From an uncultured Actinomycetes bacterium (GTDB lineage Bacteria > Actinomycetota > Actinomycetes > S36-B12 > UBA10799), in NCBI GenBank assembly GCA_963842975.1, contig CAWJIH010000009.1:460310-524309 (forward strand): 64,000 nucleotides of DNA, in the 5' to 3' direction. Positions 20,197 to 32,698 of this stretch are shown one piece after another; positions within the stretch are counted from its first letter, which is position 1, and every line of letters starts with the position of its first letter. The notes beneath the pieces were generated by a model. The model made no database searches. It was not told the origin of the DNA and worked only from the letters and a program-made list of their open reading frames with translations. The position numbers and the translations under genes are program-made.

Positions 20197-21460
20197 ATGA
20201 CAACCGTGCCATTTTGGGGTCCCGACTTTTCTGCGCTCGCGGCGGAAGATCCGGAGATCGCCGACATCCTCCTCGCCGAACTTGACCGGGCCCGCAGTGG
20301 CTTGCAGTTGATTGCCAGTGAGAACTTCACCTCACCTGCGGTGTTGGCGGCGCTGGGCTCCACCTTGAGCAACAAATACGCAGAGGGGTACCCCGGCAAG
20401 CGCTACTACGGAGGTTGCGCCGAAGTCGACAAGGCCGAGCTCATCGGAATCGAGCGGGCCAAAAGCCCTGTTCGGGGCCGAGCACGCCAACCTGCAGCCC
20501 CACAGCGGCGCCAGCGCTAACCTCGCGGTCTACGGGGCCTTCCTGCTTCCGGGGGACACGGTGCTGGCCATGAGTCTGCCCCACGGCGGCCACTTGACTC
20601 ACGGATCGAGAGTCAACTTCTCCGGCAAATGGTTCAACGTCGTCTCGTATGGCGTGCGCGAGGACGACGAACTGATCGACTACGACGAGGTGCGTAGCCT
20701 CGCGCTCACTCACCGACCCAAGATGATCATCGCTGGTGCGACGGCGTACTCCCGCCTGATCGATTTCGCCACCTTCCGGGAGATCGCCGATGAGGTGGGG
20801 GCGATCCTCATGGTTGATGCGGCGCACTTCATCGGGCTGGTGGCAGGCAAGGCAATCCCGAGTCCCGTCCCGTACGCCGATGTGGTGTGTTTCACAACGC
20901 ATAAGGTGCTGCGTGGACCTCGAGGCGGCATGATCCTGAGCCGGGCCGAGCACGCCGCCAAAATCGACAAGGCAGTCTTCCCGATGATGCAGGGCGGGCC
21001 CTTGATGCACGCAGTGGCCGCCAAGGCTGTCGCTCTATCCGAGGCCGCATCGCCGGGCTACCAGGCCTATGCCGCTCAGGTCATCGAGAACGCACAGGCG
21101 TTGTCAGCTGCATTGGAAAGCCACGGGATGCGCGCGGTCAGCGGGGGTACCGACACCCACCTGGCCTTGATCGACGTGCGTGGTCTCGACGTGACGGGAG
21201 CCGAGGCCGAAGAGCGTTGCGACGCGGCCGGTATCACTTTGAACAAGAACGCCATCCCTTACGACCCACAGAAGCCGATGATCGCCTCCGGGATTCGCGT
21301 AGGTACACCGAGCGTCACCACGCAGGGGATGACCACGGCGGATATGGCCGAGGTCGGCGACCTCATCGCAGCCGCCATCACGGCACCGTCGACTGCCCCC
21401 GAGATCGCCGAGCAGGTGCGCACATTGGTGGCACGCCACCCCGCCTACGATCGGACGTAG
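20197..21460 (+). pseudogene. glyA: serine hydroxymethyltransferase, interrupted by an apparent extra A in an A4 run (20461-20464)
   Basis: The N-terminal part ([12 protein letters not shown]...[15 protein letters not shown]...IERAK) is in ORF 20173..20520. The continuation [23 protein letters not shown]...[11 protein letters not shown]...[12 protein letters not shown] (PLP-Lys) is in the next frame (ORF 20561..21460, open from 20465). Confidence 0.88.
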
Positions 21461-21488
21461 CGGGAGCTCACGGCGTTAGCCTGAGCCG

Positions 21489-22607
21489 GTGCGCGAATAC
21501 CTGCTGTGCTTGTTCACAGCTGCGGCGGTGACGTACCTCACCATGCCGGTCGTGCGCCTGCTCGCCATCAAGGCCGGCGCCATGGCAGAGGTGCGCGACC
21601 GGGATGTGCACTCAACGCCAACTCCTCGGTGGGGTGGGCTGGGGATGTTGTTGGGTTTGTTGGCGGCTTTCCTGTTGGCCAGCAAACTGCCGATGATGCG
21701 AGCGGTATTCGAATCCTCGGACACGCCACGTGCCTTGCTCACCGGCGTTTTCGTGATCGTTCTGCTTGGCCTAGTCGACGACAAATGGGGTCTTGACCCG
21801 CCCGTCAAGCTTGCCGGCCAGGCGTTGGCAGCAGGACTCATGGCGTGGCAGGGCATTCAGATCGTATGGCTGCCCATCAATGGCACGTTGGTCTTGGATC
21901 CGTTGACCAGCACGGCGCTCACGACCCTTGTGATCATGATCACAATCAACGCCGTGAATTTCGTTGATGGCCTTGATGGGCTCGCGGGAGGCATCGTCGG
22001 CATCGCTTCGCTCGCCTTCTTCATCTACGCCTATCTGCTGAGCGTGGAGTTCGGTTTCCAGCGCGCCACACTGGCGACTTTGCTGACCGCCCTGCTCACA
22101 GGTATGTGCCTCGGATTCCTCCCGCACAACATCAATCCGGCCCGCATCTTCATGGGCGATACCGGGTCGATGCTCATCGGATTGATCCTCGGCGCGGCGA
22201 TGATCACGCTGGTCGGCCGCCTCGACCCCAGCGCAGTCCAGGGCGTCACGCTATTCCCGGCATTGCTGCCGATCGTGCTGCCGCTGGCGGTGGTTGCGGT
22301 GCCCTTGATCGACGTGGTGCTGGCAGTCAGTCGACGGGCTCGTGCTGGCCAGAGTCCGTTCACCGCGGACAAGGGCCATCTGCACCACCGTCTGCTGGAG
22401 ATGGGCCACTCACAGCGCCGTGCGGTGGGACTCATGTACGGATGGACGGCCCTGCTGGCCTTCACCGGAGTGTCGCTGGCTTTCATGAGCGTCGCAGTCT
22501 CGTCCACCCTCTTCATCATGGGCACGCTCGGGATGGTGCTGCTGGTGCGACATCGTGAGACCGCAGGGAGATATGCCACGAACGGGCCGACGGGAGTCAA
22601 CGCGTAG
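21489..22607 (+). CDS. wecA: undecaprenyl-phosphate GlcNAc-1-phosphate transferase (WecA/Rfe; MraY-like glycosyltransferase family 4)
   Basis: Polytopic membrane protein with NAVNFVDGLDGLA and MGDTGS motifs. Same position as Rv1302 in the conserved block. Confidence 0.88.
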   Translation: MREYLLCLFTAAAVTYLTMPVVRLLAIKAGAMAEVRDRDVHSTPTPRWGGLGMLLGLLAAFLLASKLPMMRAVFESSDTPRALLTGVFVIVLLGLVDDKWGLDPPVKLAGQALAAGLMAWQGIQIVWLPINGTLVLDPLTSTALTTLVIMITINAVNFVDGLDGLAGGIVGIASLAFFIYAYLLSVEFGFQRATLATLLTALLTGMCLGFLPHNINPARIFMGDTGSMLIGLILGAAMITLVGRLDPSAVQGVTLFPALLPIVLPLAVVAVPLIDVVLAVSRRARAGQSPFTADKGHLHHRLLEMGHSQRRAVGLMYGWTALLAFTGVSLAFMSVAVSSTLFIMGTLGMVLLVRHRETAGRYATNGPTGVNA

Positions 22608-22618
22608 GCTGTGCACAC

Positions 22619-23107
22619 ATGGATGATGAGTACGCACGTCCCTCGACAATGCCCTCGGCCAGCGCGGAGTCTGATATCCGCCTGTTGATCCGAATACCGG
22701 CATTGGCGGCCAGCGCCGTCGGCGTTGTGGGCACCGTGATTGGTGGGGTTGTCTCGGGCGGAGCAGGTGTCCTCGCCGGGATCATGGCAACCGTGATCGT
22801 CGTTGGCTTCTTCGCAGGTGGGCAGCTGCTCGTGGGACGGGTGTTGCGGACGAATCCCGCGATCGCGCTCAACGCCGGCCTGCTCGTGTACCTCGTGCAG
22901 ATTGCGGTGCTCTTCGGGTTGCTGCTGATTCTGCGTGACGCCACCTTCTTCGACCCTCGGGTGTTCGCGCTGACGATCGTTGCAGCCACAGTCGCTTGGC
23001 TGGCCGCCAGCGTTTTTGGCTACGCGCGCAGTCGCACCTTGTACGTAGACCCGGGTTCGGCGCCGCCTCAGCCAGGGTCCGGCACCTCTGCTGGTCCAAC
23101 GCCGTGA
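22619..23107 (+). CDS. membrane protein upstream of the atp operon (Rv1303/AtpI-like)
   Basis: 162 aa with four hydrophobic segments. Conserved position immediately before the ATP synthase genes. Confidence 0.5.
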   Translation: MDDEYARPSTMPSASAESDIRLLIRIPALAASAVGVVGTVIGGVVSGGAGVLAGIMATVIVVGFFAGGQLLVGRVLRTNPAIALNAGLLVYLVQIAVLFGLLLILRDATFFDPRVFALTIVAATVAWLAASVFGYARSRTLYVDPGSAPPQPGSGTSAGPTP

Positions 23108-23163
23108 CTTGCCGCATGCCTGGCTTCGGCCCGGAACGACTGGGCTGGTAGGTTACAAGCGCA

Positions 23164-23421
23164 ATGGCGACCTCGGCTCAGATGAACGAAAAAGACCGAA
23201 CGATGGCAGATTCCGCCGTGATGATCGTGAGCAATATCATCGCCGGGATTGTCCTCTACACGGGAATCGGCTGGTTGCTCAGCCTGTGGCTGGGAAATCA
23301 GACACTGCTCATGGCCCTGGGAGCGATTGTCGGTACTGTCCTCAGTCTCATTCTGGTGTTCGTGCGTCTCCCGCGCGAGCAGCAGGCGGACGACAATCTC
23401 GGCAAGAATCGACCGGTTTAA
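23164..23421 (+). CDS. AtpZ/AtpI family small membrane protein
   Basis: 85 aa with two TM segments (IVSNIIAGIVLYTGIGWLL / LLMALGAIVGTVLSLILVFV). Directly precedes atpB. Confidence 0.6.
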   Translation: MATSAQMNEKDRTMADSAVMIVSNIIAGIVLYTGIGWLLSLWLGNQTLLMALGAIVGTVLSLILVFVRLPREQQADDNLGKNRPV

Positions 23422-23440
23422 TGAAGAACGGAGGCGGGTC

Positions 23441-24295
23441 TTGAGCAACCTTGGGGCTCAAGTAGTAGCCGCTGGCGACGTCCCACCAGAGTGCGTGGGC
23501 GCCCACCTCGGTAATGATCTCGGCTGTGGCTTCCCGGCCCCCGGGGTGGAGATCTTCGACCTTGAGAAGTACTTCAGTTTCGACTTGTTCGGCATCACTT
23601 TCGAGATCACCAAGCCTGTAGTCCTGGGGATCATCGGGTCCATTGTGGTGATCACGTTCTTCCTGATCGCTTTCAGCAGGCCCAAGCTGATCCCTGGCAA
23701 GATCCAGAGCCTCGGCGAGATCATGTACCTGTTCATCAGGGATGGCATCGCGCGCGAGACGATCGGGCCAAAGGGCGACAAATGGGTGCCGCTGCTGTTC
23801 ACCTTGTTCTTCTTCGTGCTGACGATGAACTTCTTCGAGGTGCTGCCTTTCGCGCAGTTCCCGGTCACCTCCAGAATCGCCTGGCCGGTGACGCTGGCCA
23901 TCGTGGTGTGGGTCATCTACATGTACCTGGGCATGCGCCACCAGGGGCCGCTGAAGTTCTTCACCAACATGATGTTCCCGCCCGGCTTGCCCAAACCGAT
24001 CTATGTGCTGCTGGCGCCAATTGAGCTTCTCTCCAACGTCATCATCCGCCCCTTCACGCTGGCGATCCGACTCTTTGCCGTGATGTTCGCGGGCCACTTG
24101 CTGTTGACGATCTTCAACCTCGCGACCTTCTATCTCATCAGTTTGTCGGTCATCGGCATTCTGGGTTCGGCGACTTCCTTCGCCATGACTGTCGCCCTGA
24201 CTGCATTCGAGACCCTGATCGTGATCCTGCAGGCCTACATCTTCACCCTGCTGACCTCGGTCTACATAGCCGGATCGCTCCACGCGGAGCACTAA
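23441..24295 (+). CDS. atpB: F0F1 ATP synthase subunit a
   Basis: Conserved C-terminal helices with the essential Arg (IRPFTLAIRLFAVMFAGH). TTG start at 23441 is preceded by GGAGG (23430-23434). The longer track ORF from 23249 overlaps the AtpZ-like gene. Confidence 0.9.
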   Translation: MSNLGAQVVAAGDVPPECVGAHLGNDLGCGFPAPGVEIFDLEKYFSFDLFGITFEITKPVVLGIIGSIVVITFFLIAFSRPKLIPGKIQSLGEIMYLFIRDGIARETIGPKGDKWVPLLFTLFFFVLTMNFFEVLPFAQFPVTSRIAWPVTLAIVVWVIYMYLGMRHQGPLKFFTNMMFPPGLPKPIYVLLAPIELLSNVIIRPFTLAIRLFAVMFAGHLLLTIFNLATFYLISLSVIGILGSATSFAMTVALTAFETLIVILQAYIFTLLTSVYIAGSLHAEH

Positions 24296-24375
24296 CGACC
24301 ACCCGCACGTCCCCCAACCACAACACAGCATCTCTCCGTGGGAAGTCCGCGGAGGACGACACAGAAGGAAGTGAG

Positions 24376-24627
24376 ATGTTTCCATCAGTTCTCGACGTCA
24401 TTGCCGCCGAGGGAGGCCTCACGGGCTCAATCGGGTCCATTGGCTTTGGCCTTGCGGCGATCGGCCCCGGCATCGGTATCGGACTCATCTTTGGTAACGG
24501 TGTGCAGGCAATCGCGCGGCAACCGGAAGCCTATGGCCCGATTCGCCAGAACATGCTGCTCGGCTTCGCGGTCGCAGAAGCCCTGGCGCTGATCGGCTTC
24601 GTGGCTCCGCTGGTCTACGGCACCTGA
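24376..24627 (+). CDS. atpE: F0F1 ATP synthase subunit c
   Basis: 83-aa hairpin proteolipid with a Gly-rich helix 1 and the carboxylate in GFAVAEALALIG. Confidence 0.93.
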   Translation: MFPSVLDVIAAEGGLTGSIGSIGFGLAAIGPGIGIGLIFGNGVQAIARQPEAYGPIRQNMLLGFAVAEALALIGFVAPLVYGT

Positions 24628-24644
24628 TCGAGTAGGAAAACTCC

Positions 24645-25193
24645 ATGCCGGAATTGACATCGCTGCTTGCCGCCGAAGGCGAGTTCAACGTCCTGCGGAT
24701 ACCGCTGTACGAAGCGATCATCGCTCTCGTCGCCTTCCTCATCGTGTTTGGGGTTTTGGGGAAGTTCGCGCTGCCCAAGATCAAGCAAACGCTGGAGGAG
24801 CGCGAAGAAGCCATCGCCGGCGGGATTCGGAAGGCTGAGCAAGCCCAGGAGCAGGTGGCTGCGCTGAAGGAGCAGATGGAGGCCGAACTCGACGCTGCGC
24901 GCCAGCAAGCGGCCGAAATTCGCACCCAGGCACAGGCCGACAAGGCTCAAATCATCGAAGAGGCACGGGTTCAGGCCCAAGCCGCTGCCAAGCAGGTCAC
25001 CGACCAGGCGACGGCAGCCATCGAGGCGGACACCGCCAAAGCGATGTCTGATTTGCGTACCTCGGTTGGGGCCATGGCGGTTGACCTCGCAGGCAAAATC
25101 GTCGGCGAGAAACTGACTGACGATGCCACCTCACAGCGGGTCGTGGACCGCTTCATCGACTCCCTCGAGGACACGACGGTGGGGCAGCCCTGA
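24645..25193 (+). CDS. atpF: F0F1 ATP synthase subunit b
   Basis: N-terminal TM segment followed by a long charged Ala/Glu/Gln-rich coiled coil. Confidence 0.9.
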   Translation: MPELTSLLAAEGEFNVLRIPLYEAIIALVAFLIVFGVLGKFALPKIKQTLEEREEAIAGGIRKAEQAQEQVAALKEQMEAELDAARQQAAEIRTQAQADKAQIIEEARVQAQAAAKQVTDQATAAIEADTAKAMSDLRTSVGAMAVDLAGKIVGEKLTDDATSQRVVDRFIDSLEDTTVGQP

Positions 25194-26014
25194 TGCTTGG
25201 TGCGAGCCGGATCTCACAGCAGGAGCTGCGAGCGGATCTCGACGCCGTATACGCCGATGAGGCTCGGCGGGACTCGCTCGCGGAGTCCGGCACCGGCGTG
25301 CTGAGTGTGGTTGATGCCGCAGATCGCGAGCGCTCACTGAAGGCGCTCTGGGCCGACACCTCCACCTCGCCAGACGTCAAGAAGGCTGTCCTCGGGCAGT
25401 TGTTCGGATCTCGCATCCCGGAGTTGGCCAGCGAGATCGTCGGCAAGGTCATCACCTCCCGTTGGTCCAACGCCTCCGACATGATGGACGCGTTGGAGGA
25501 GAGCGCGGCAGCACTGTTGTTCATGGCTGCCGAGGCGGACGGCCGGCTCGATCGGGTGGAAGAGGAACTCTTCCGGTTCGGCCGCACGCTAGACGCGAGT
25601 GCGGAACTGCAGATGGCCCTGAGTAACCCGGCGACCCCTGCGGACGCGAAGGTTGGGGTTGTCGAGGATCTGCTCGACGACAGGTCCGATCCGATCACCG
25701 AAGAGTTGCTGGTCTACTTGGCCGGACACCTGCACGGCCGAAAGACGAGCGCTGCCGTTTCCCAGTTGTCGGACCTCGCCGCGGTCCGGCGGGGACGAGT
25801 TGTGGCTGAGGTCACGTCCGCAGTTCCACTCACAGATGCCCAGAAAACGCGACTCTCTGCAGCCTTGAGCAAGATCCAGGGCCGGCAGGTCATCGTGAAC
25901 GTCACTGTCGATCCGGGTGTGGTCGGCGGTATCCAGGTGCGTGTCGGAGATGAAGTCATCGACGGCACGCTCGCAACCCGCATCGAGCAGGCCCGGCGCC
26001 GGCTCACAAGCTGA
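25193..26014 (+). CDS. atpH: F0F1 ATP synthase subunit delta (long actinobacterial form)
   Basis: OSCP-type C-terminus (VVGGIQVRVGDEVIDGTLATRIEQARRRL). 273 aa with an N-terminal extension. Confidence 0.88.
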   Translation: MLGASRISQQELRADLDAVYADEARRDSLAESGTGVLSVVDAADRERSLKALWADTSTSPDVKKAVLGQLFGSRIPELASEIVGKVITSRWSNASDMMDALEESAAALLFMAAEADGRLDRVEEELFRFGRTLDASAELQMALSNPATPADAKVGVVEDLLDDRSDPITEELLVYLAGHLHGRKTSAAVSQLSDLAAVRRGRVVAEVTSAVPLTDAQKTRLSAALSKIQGRQVIVNVTVDPGVVGGIQVRVGDEVIDGTLATRIEQARRRLTS

Positions 26015-26068
26015 AAAATACCCACTGGGCCGCCGCAACGGCGGTCGACGAGTATGAGAGGTCCCTTT

Positions 26069-27703
26069 ATGGCCGAGTTAACGATCTCCGGCGAGGAGAT
26101 TCGTGAGGCGATCGCGCGCAACGTCGCCGGCTTCGCCCCCGAAAACGCCCGCGAGGAGGTGGGTCGGGTACTCGAGACCGGTGACGGTATCGCTCGGGTC
26201 GAGGGCCTGCACTCCGCGATGACGAATGAGCTGCTGGAGTTCGAGGGTGGTTTGCTCGGTCTCGCGCTCAACCTGGACGTGCGCGAAATTGGTTGCGTGC
26301 TGCTCGGGGACCCCAGCCACATCGAGGAAGGCCAGCAGGTGCGGCGCACCGGCCGAGTGCTCGCGGTGCCGGTGGGTGACGGCTTCCTGGGGCGCGTCGT
26401 GAACCCTCTGGGTGAGCCGATTGACGGCTTGGGGCCGATCAAGGCCGAAGCCGAGCGCGCCTTGGAGGTACAGGCGCCTACTGTGGTGCAGCGGCAACCG
26501 GTGAAGGAAGCGCTGTTGACCGGCTGGAAGGCCGTCGACGCGATGACCGCCATTGGCCGCGGCCAGCGCCAGTTGATCATCGGCGACCGTCAGACCGGCA
26601 AGACCGTGCTGGCCCTGGACACCATCCTCAACCAGAAGTCGAACTGGGAATCCGGGGACCCGAAGAAGCAGGTCAAGTGCATCTATGTGGCCATCGGGCA
26701 AAAGGGCTCGACGATTGCCGCCGTGCGTGGGACCTTGGAGGAGTACGGGGCGCTGGAGTACACGACTATCGTCGCCGCACCCGCCTCCGACAACGCAGGC
26801 TTCAAGTACCTCGCACCCTTCACAGGCTCGGCGATCGGCCAGCACTGGATGTACGAGGGTCAGAACGCGCTCATCATCTTCGACGACCTGAGCAAGCAGG
26901 CCGAGGCCTACCGTGCGGTATCGCTGTTGCTGCGCCGCCCGCCCGGTCGTGAGGCCTACCCCGGTGACGTGTTCTACCTACACTCCCGGCTGCTCGAGCG
27001 CTGCGCCAAACTCAGCGACGAAATGGGTGGCGGCTCGATGACTGGCCTGCCCATCATCGAGACCAAGGCCAACGACGTCTCGGCCTACATCCCCACCAAC
27101 GTGATCTCCATCACCGATGGGCAGTGCTTCCTCGAGACCGACTTGTTCAACTCGGGTGTCCGGCCAGCCATCAACGTCGGTATTTCAGTGTCGCGAGTCG
27201 GTGGCTCGGCTCAGCCGAAGGCGATGCGCAAGGTGGCGGGGTCGCTGCGGCTGAACCTGGCACAGTTCCGTGAACTGGAAGCGTTCTCGGCCTTCGGCTC
27301 CGACCTCGACAAGGCATCGAAGGCCCAACTCGAACGTGGGGCTCGACTGGTTGAGCTGCTCAAGCAGCCGCAGAACTCGCCGTTCCCCATGGAGAAGGCC
27401 GTGGTCTCGATCTGGGCCGGCACGACCGGTGAACTGGATGAGGTTCCGGTGGAGGACATCAAGCGCTTCGAAGCGGACTTCTTGGATGACCTTGATCGTG
27501 CCCACCCCGGGGTGTTGGCCAGCATCCGCGACTCCGGGGAGCTCTCGGACGACACGGTCACCGCGTTGCAGGCTGCGCTAGTCGAGTTCAAAGCAGGCTT
27601 CACGACGTCCGAGGGTCACCGTCTGATCAAGGAAGAGCCGGTCGAGGCGCTGCCTGAAGAAGAGATCCGCAAGACCACGATCAAGCGCCCCGTTCGGGCC
27701 TAG
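26069..27703 (+). CDS. atpA: F0F1 ATP synthase subunit alpha
   Basis: Walker A GDRQTGKT. Start at [11 protein letters not shown] (aa 6 of the track ORF). Confidence 0.96.
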   Translation: MAELTISGEEIREAIARNVAGFAPENAREEVGRVLETGDGIARVEGLHSAMTNELLEFEGGLLGLALNLDVREIGCVLLGDPSHIEEGQQVRRTGRVLAVPVGDGFLGRVVNPLGEPIDGLGPIKAEAERALEVQAPTVVQRQPVKEALLTGWKAVDAMTAIGRGQRQLIIGDRQTGKTVLALDTILNQKSNWESGDPKKQVKCIYVAIGQKGSTIAAVRGTLEEYGALEYTTIVAAPASDNAGFKYLAPFTGSAIGQHWMYEGQNALIIFDDLSKQAEAYRAVSLLLRRPPGREAYPGDVFYLHSRLLERCAKLSDEMGGGSMTGLPIIETKANDVSAYIPTNVISITDGQCFLETDLFNSGVRPAINVGISVSRVGGSAQPKAMRKVAGSLRLNLAQFRELEAFSAFGSDLDKASKAQLERGARLVELLKQPQNSPFPMEKAVVSIWAGTTGELDEVPVEDIKRFEADFLDDLDRAHPGVLASIRDSGELSDDTVTALQAALVEFKAGFTTSEGHRLIKEEPVEALPEEEIRKTTIKRPVRA

Positions 27704-27716
27704 GGAGAGTTGCAGC

Positions 27717-30145
<2,429 letters not shown>

Positions 30146-30167
30146 CGATGATCCGGAGCGAATGACG

Positions 30168-30572
30168 ATGGCAGAACTCAACGTGCGGCTCGTGGCCACA
30201 GACAAGCAGGTCTACACCGGCGCGGCCTCGATCGTGGTGTTTGAGACGCTCGATGGCCAGGTGGGCATCATGCCCCGACATTCGCCGATGATGGCGATCC
30301 TCCGGGATGCTCCGGTGTTCATCAAGACCATCGACAACGGTGATCTGTATGCCGCCGTGCATGGCGGCTTCGTCACCGTTGACGGTGACACCGTGATCAT
30401 TCTGGCGGAGTCGGCGGAGTTGGCCCACGACATCGACACCGACATCGAGCGGAAGGTGGAAGCCGAGATCGGCACCCCGGCCGACGATGACGAGGCATCG
30501 AAGGCCCGACTCAAGCGCGCTCAGGTGCGCCTCAGCGTGGCGACGAAGACCACCACGACAAGTTTGCGCTGA
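30168..30572 (+). CDS. atpC: F0F1 ATP synthase subunit epsilon
   Basis: MAELNVRLVATDKQVYTG... beta-sandwich plus helical tail. This is the last ~135 aa of track ORF 29451..30572. An alternative ATG lies at 30162. Confidence 0.9.
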   Translation: MAELNVRLVATDKQVYTGAASIVVFETLDGQVGIMPRHSPMMAILRDAPVFIKTIDNGDLYAAVHGGFVTVDGDTVIILAESAELAHDIDTDIERKVEAEIGTPADDDEASKARLKRAQVRLSVATKTTTTSLR

Positions 30573-30612
30573 ACTCGCAGAGGTCTATCCCCAGCGGGTC
30601 TATCCGCGTAAA

Positions 30613-30660
30613 CGACACTCGGCCCCGCACCCGAACACCTGGGTGCGGGGCCGAGTGTCG
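30613..30660. terminator. bidirectional stem-loop between the convergent atpC and adenosyltransferase genes
   Basis: Perfect 20-bp inverted repeat: CGACACTCGGCCCCGCACCC (30613-30632) and GGGTGCGGGGCCGAGTGTCG (30641-30660), with an 8-nt loop, followed by TT. Confidence 0.75.
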
Positions 30661-30699
30661 TTGCGCCGTGCCTGAGTTGCAGACGGTGCTGCCGGCGGA

Positions 30700-31293
30700 T
30701 CAGCCTTCGTCGGGCTTGCCGCCTTGTTCACGGCCGGGCACCCAGAGCACGTCGCCGTGCTCGGCATTTGCGATCCGGCAGAGGATGAATAGCAAGTCCG
30801 ACAACCGGTTGAGGTATTGCGCTGGGAGCACGCTCATGCTGGGGCCATGCTCGTGCAGGGCCTCCCAGGTGGTGCGCTCGGACCGACGGACGATCGTGCG
30901 GGCGACGTGCAGCAGGGCGGCACCTGAGGTGCCTGCGGGCAGAATGAACGAACGCAGTGGCTCAAGCCGGGCGTTGTATTCGTCGCACGCTTGTTCCAGC
31001 CGGGCGATGTATGACTCGGTGATGCGCAGCGGCGGGTATTCGGGATTCGGTACCACCGGGGTGGCCAGGTCAGCGCCAACATCGAAGAGGTCGTTTTGGA
31101 TGCGGCCGAGGAGTTCGACCACATCGTCGGGAAGGTCACCGAGGGTGAGAGCCACCCCAATGGCAGCGTTGGCCTCGTCGACGTCGGCGTAGGCCGCCAG
31201 TCGGGAATCGGTTTTGGACGTTCGGCTCATGTCGGCCAACGCAGTCGATCCGTCGTCGCCGGTGCGGGTGTAGATCCGGGTCAGGTTAACCAT
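30700..31293 (-). CDS. PduO-type ATP:cob(I)alamin adenosyltransferase
   Basis: N-terminal [11 protein letters not shown] motif and a ~190-aa helical bundle. Same position as Rv1314c. Confidence 0.88.
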   Translation of the reverse strand: MVNLTRIYTRTGDDGSTALADMSRTSKTDSRLAAYADVDEANAAIGVALTLGDLPDDVVELLGRIQNDLFDVGADLATPVVPNPEYPPLRITESYIARLEQACDEYNARLEPLRSFILPAGTSGAALLHVARTIVRRSERTTWEALHEHGPSMSVLPAQYLNRLSDLLFILCRIANAEHGDVLWVPGREQGGKPDEG

Positions 31294-31391
31294 GCCTTCA
31301 CCCTAGGCCCTCACCGCTGGCACACCAGTGCGGAGTCGACACGAGCGGCGAGGTTGGTTTGGGACGCGGCGCTGGCGGGTACTCTGACGAG

Positions 31392-32672
31392 GTGGAAGCG
31401 TTCCTGGTCACCGGCGGCAATCGGCTTTCGGGCACGGTCGAAGTGCCCGGAGCCAAGAACAGTGTGCTCAAACTGATGGCAGCGGCGTTGCTTGCTCGCG
31501 GAGCCACGACTATCCGACACGTGCCGGCGATTCTGGACGTCGAGATCATGGCTGAGTTGCTGCGTCGGCTCGGTGCCGAGGTTGACTACCGGCCAGTCGA
31601 GGGTGTGCTCGTGATTGACGTGCCCGATGAGGTTGGGCACAAGGCCGATTACGACCTTGTGCGCCGAATGCGTGCCAGCATCGCCGTGCTCGGCCCACTC
31701 ATTGCCCGCGTCGGTGTCGCAGATGTGGCACTGCCTGGTGGTGACGCGATCGGCTCGCGCGGACTCGACATGCACATTGAGGGTCTGCAGCGGATGGGGG
31801 CAGAGTTCGGCAGTGAGCATGGGTTCCTCATCGCACACGCTGAAGGTGGTCTCATCGGGGCCCAGATTTGGCTGGACTTTCCCAGTGTGGGCGCCACCGA
31901 AAACCTGGTGATGGCCGCGGTTCTGGCCAAGGGCACGTCGGTGATTGACAATGCCGCTCGGGAGCCGGAGATCGTGGACCTGTGCCAGATGTTGGTCAAG
32001 ATGGGCGCGGTGATCGACGGAATTGGTTCTGCGACGTTGACCATTGAGGGGGTGGAGTCGCTCCACCCGGTGACCCACGACACTGTGGCAGACCGCATCG
32101 TGGCCGGCACCTGGGCCACCATGGCCGCGATCACCCGCGGCGACATCACCATCGACTACGCGACGACCAGCCACCTGGAAATCGCGCTCGACAAGCTGAT
32201 CACCGCCGGGGCTTCGGTGGAGCAGACCGCACGCGGCTTCCGGGTGCAGATGGACCGCAGGCCAAAGGCAGTGGACATCGTGACGCTGCCGTACCCAGGT
32301 TTCCCCACGGATCTGCAGCCGCAGTTCATTGCCCTCAATGCGATCGCCGACGGTGTCTCAATGGTCACCGAGAACCTGTTTGAGGCCCGATTCCGGTTCG
32401 TCAATGAGCTCAGTCGCCTCGGGGCCAACGTGCGCACCGACGGTCACCACGCCTTCATCAAAGGCCGCAAGCGGCTCTCCGGCGCACCGGTGGAAGCCAC
32501 AGACGTGCGGGCCGGGGCCGGCCTGGTGATGGCCGGGCTCGTCGCAGAAGGGGTGACGACAGTGCTGGACGTTCACCACATTGACCGTGGGTACGCCAGA
32601 TTCACCGAGTTGCTCAGCGGTCTCGGTGGGCAAATCGAAAGAGTTCACGTCGACGCCCTAGCCACCGCCTAA
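31392..32672 (+). CDS. murA: UDP-N-acetylglucosamine 1-carboxyvinyltransferase (Asp variant of the active-site Cys)
   Basis: [12 protein letters not shown], then [15 protein letters not shown] in the active-site loop, with Asp encoded at 31743-31745. GTG start at 31392. Confidence 0.93.
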   Translation: MEAFLVTGGNRLSGTVEVPGAKNSVLKLMAAALLARGATTIRHVPAILDVEIMAELLRRLGAEVDYRPVEGVLVIDVPDEVGHKADYDLVRRMRASIAVLGPLIARVGVADVALPGGDAIGSRGLDMHIEGLQRMGAEFGSEHGFLIAHAEGGLIGAQIWLDFPSVGATENLVMAAVLAKGTSVIDNAAREPEIVDLCQMLVKMGAVIDGIGSATLTIEGVESLHPVTHDTVADRIVAGTWATMAAITRGDITIDYATTSHLEIALDKLITAGASVEQTARGFRVQMDRRPKAVDIVTLPYPGFPTDLQPQFIALNAIADGVSMVTENLFEARFRFVNELSRLGANVRTDGHHAFIKGRKRLSGAPVEATDVRAGAGLVMAGLVAEGVTTVLDVHHIDRGYARFTELLSGLGGQIERVHVDALATA

Positions 32673-32698
32673 CCCAAGTTCAGGCCGAATCGCTTCGG

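Noticed and set aside
20455-20470. Programmed +1 ribosomal frameshifting or transcriptional slippage as the explanation for the glyA break.
   Set aside because: The run is only four A. There is no upstream SD-like stimulator or in-frame slow/stop codon of the prfB type, and no known precedent for glyA. Two unrelated genes in the window show the same one-extra-base defect without slippery contexts. An insertion error or true mutation is more parsimonious.
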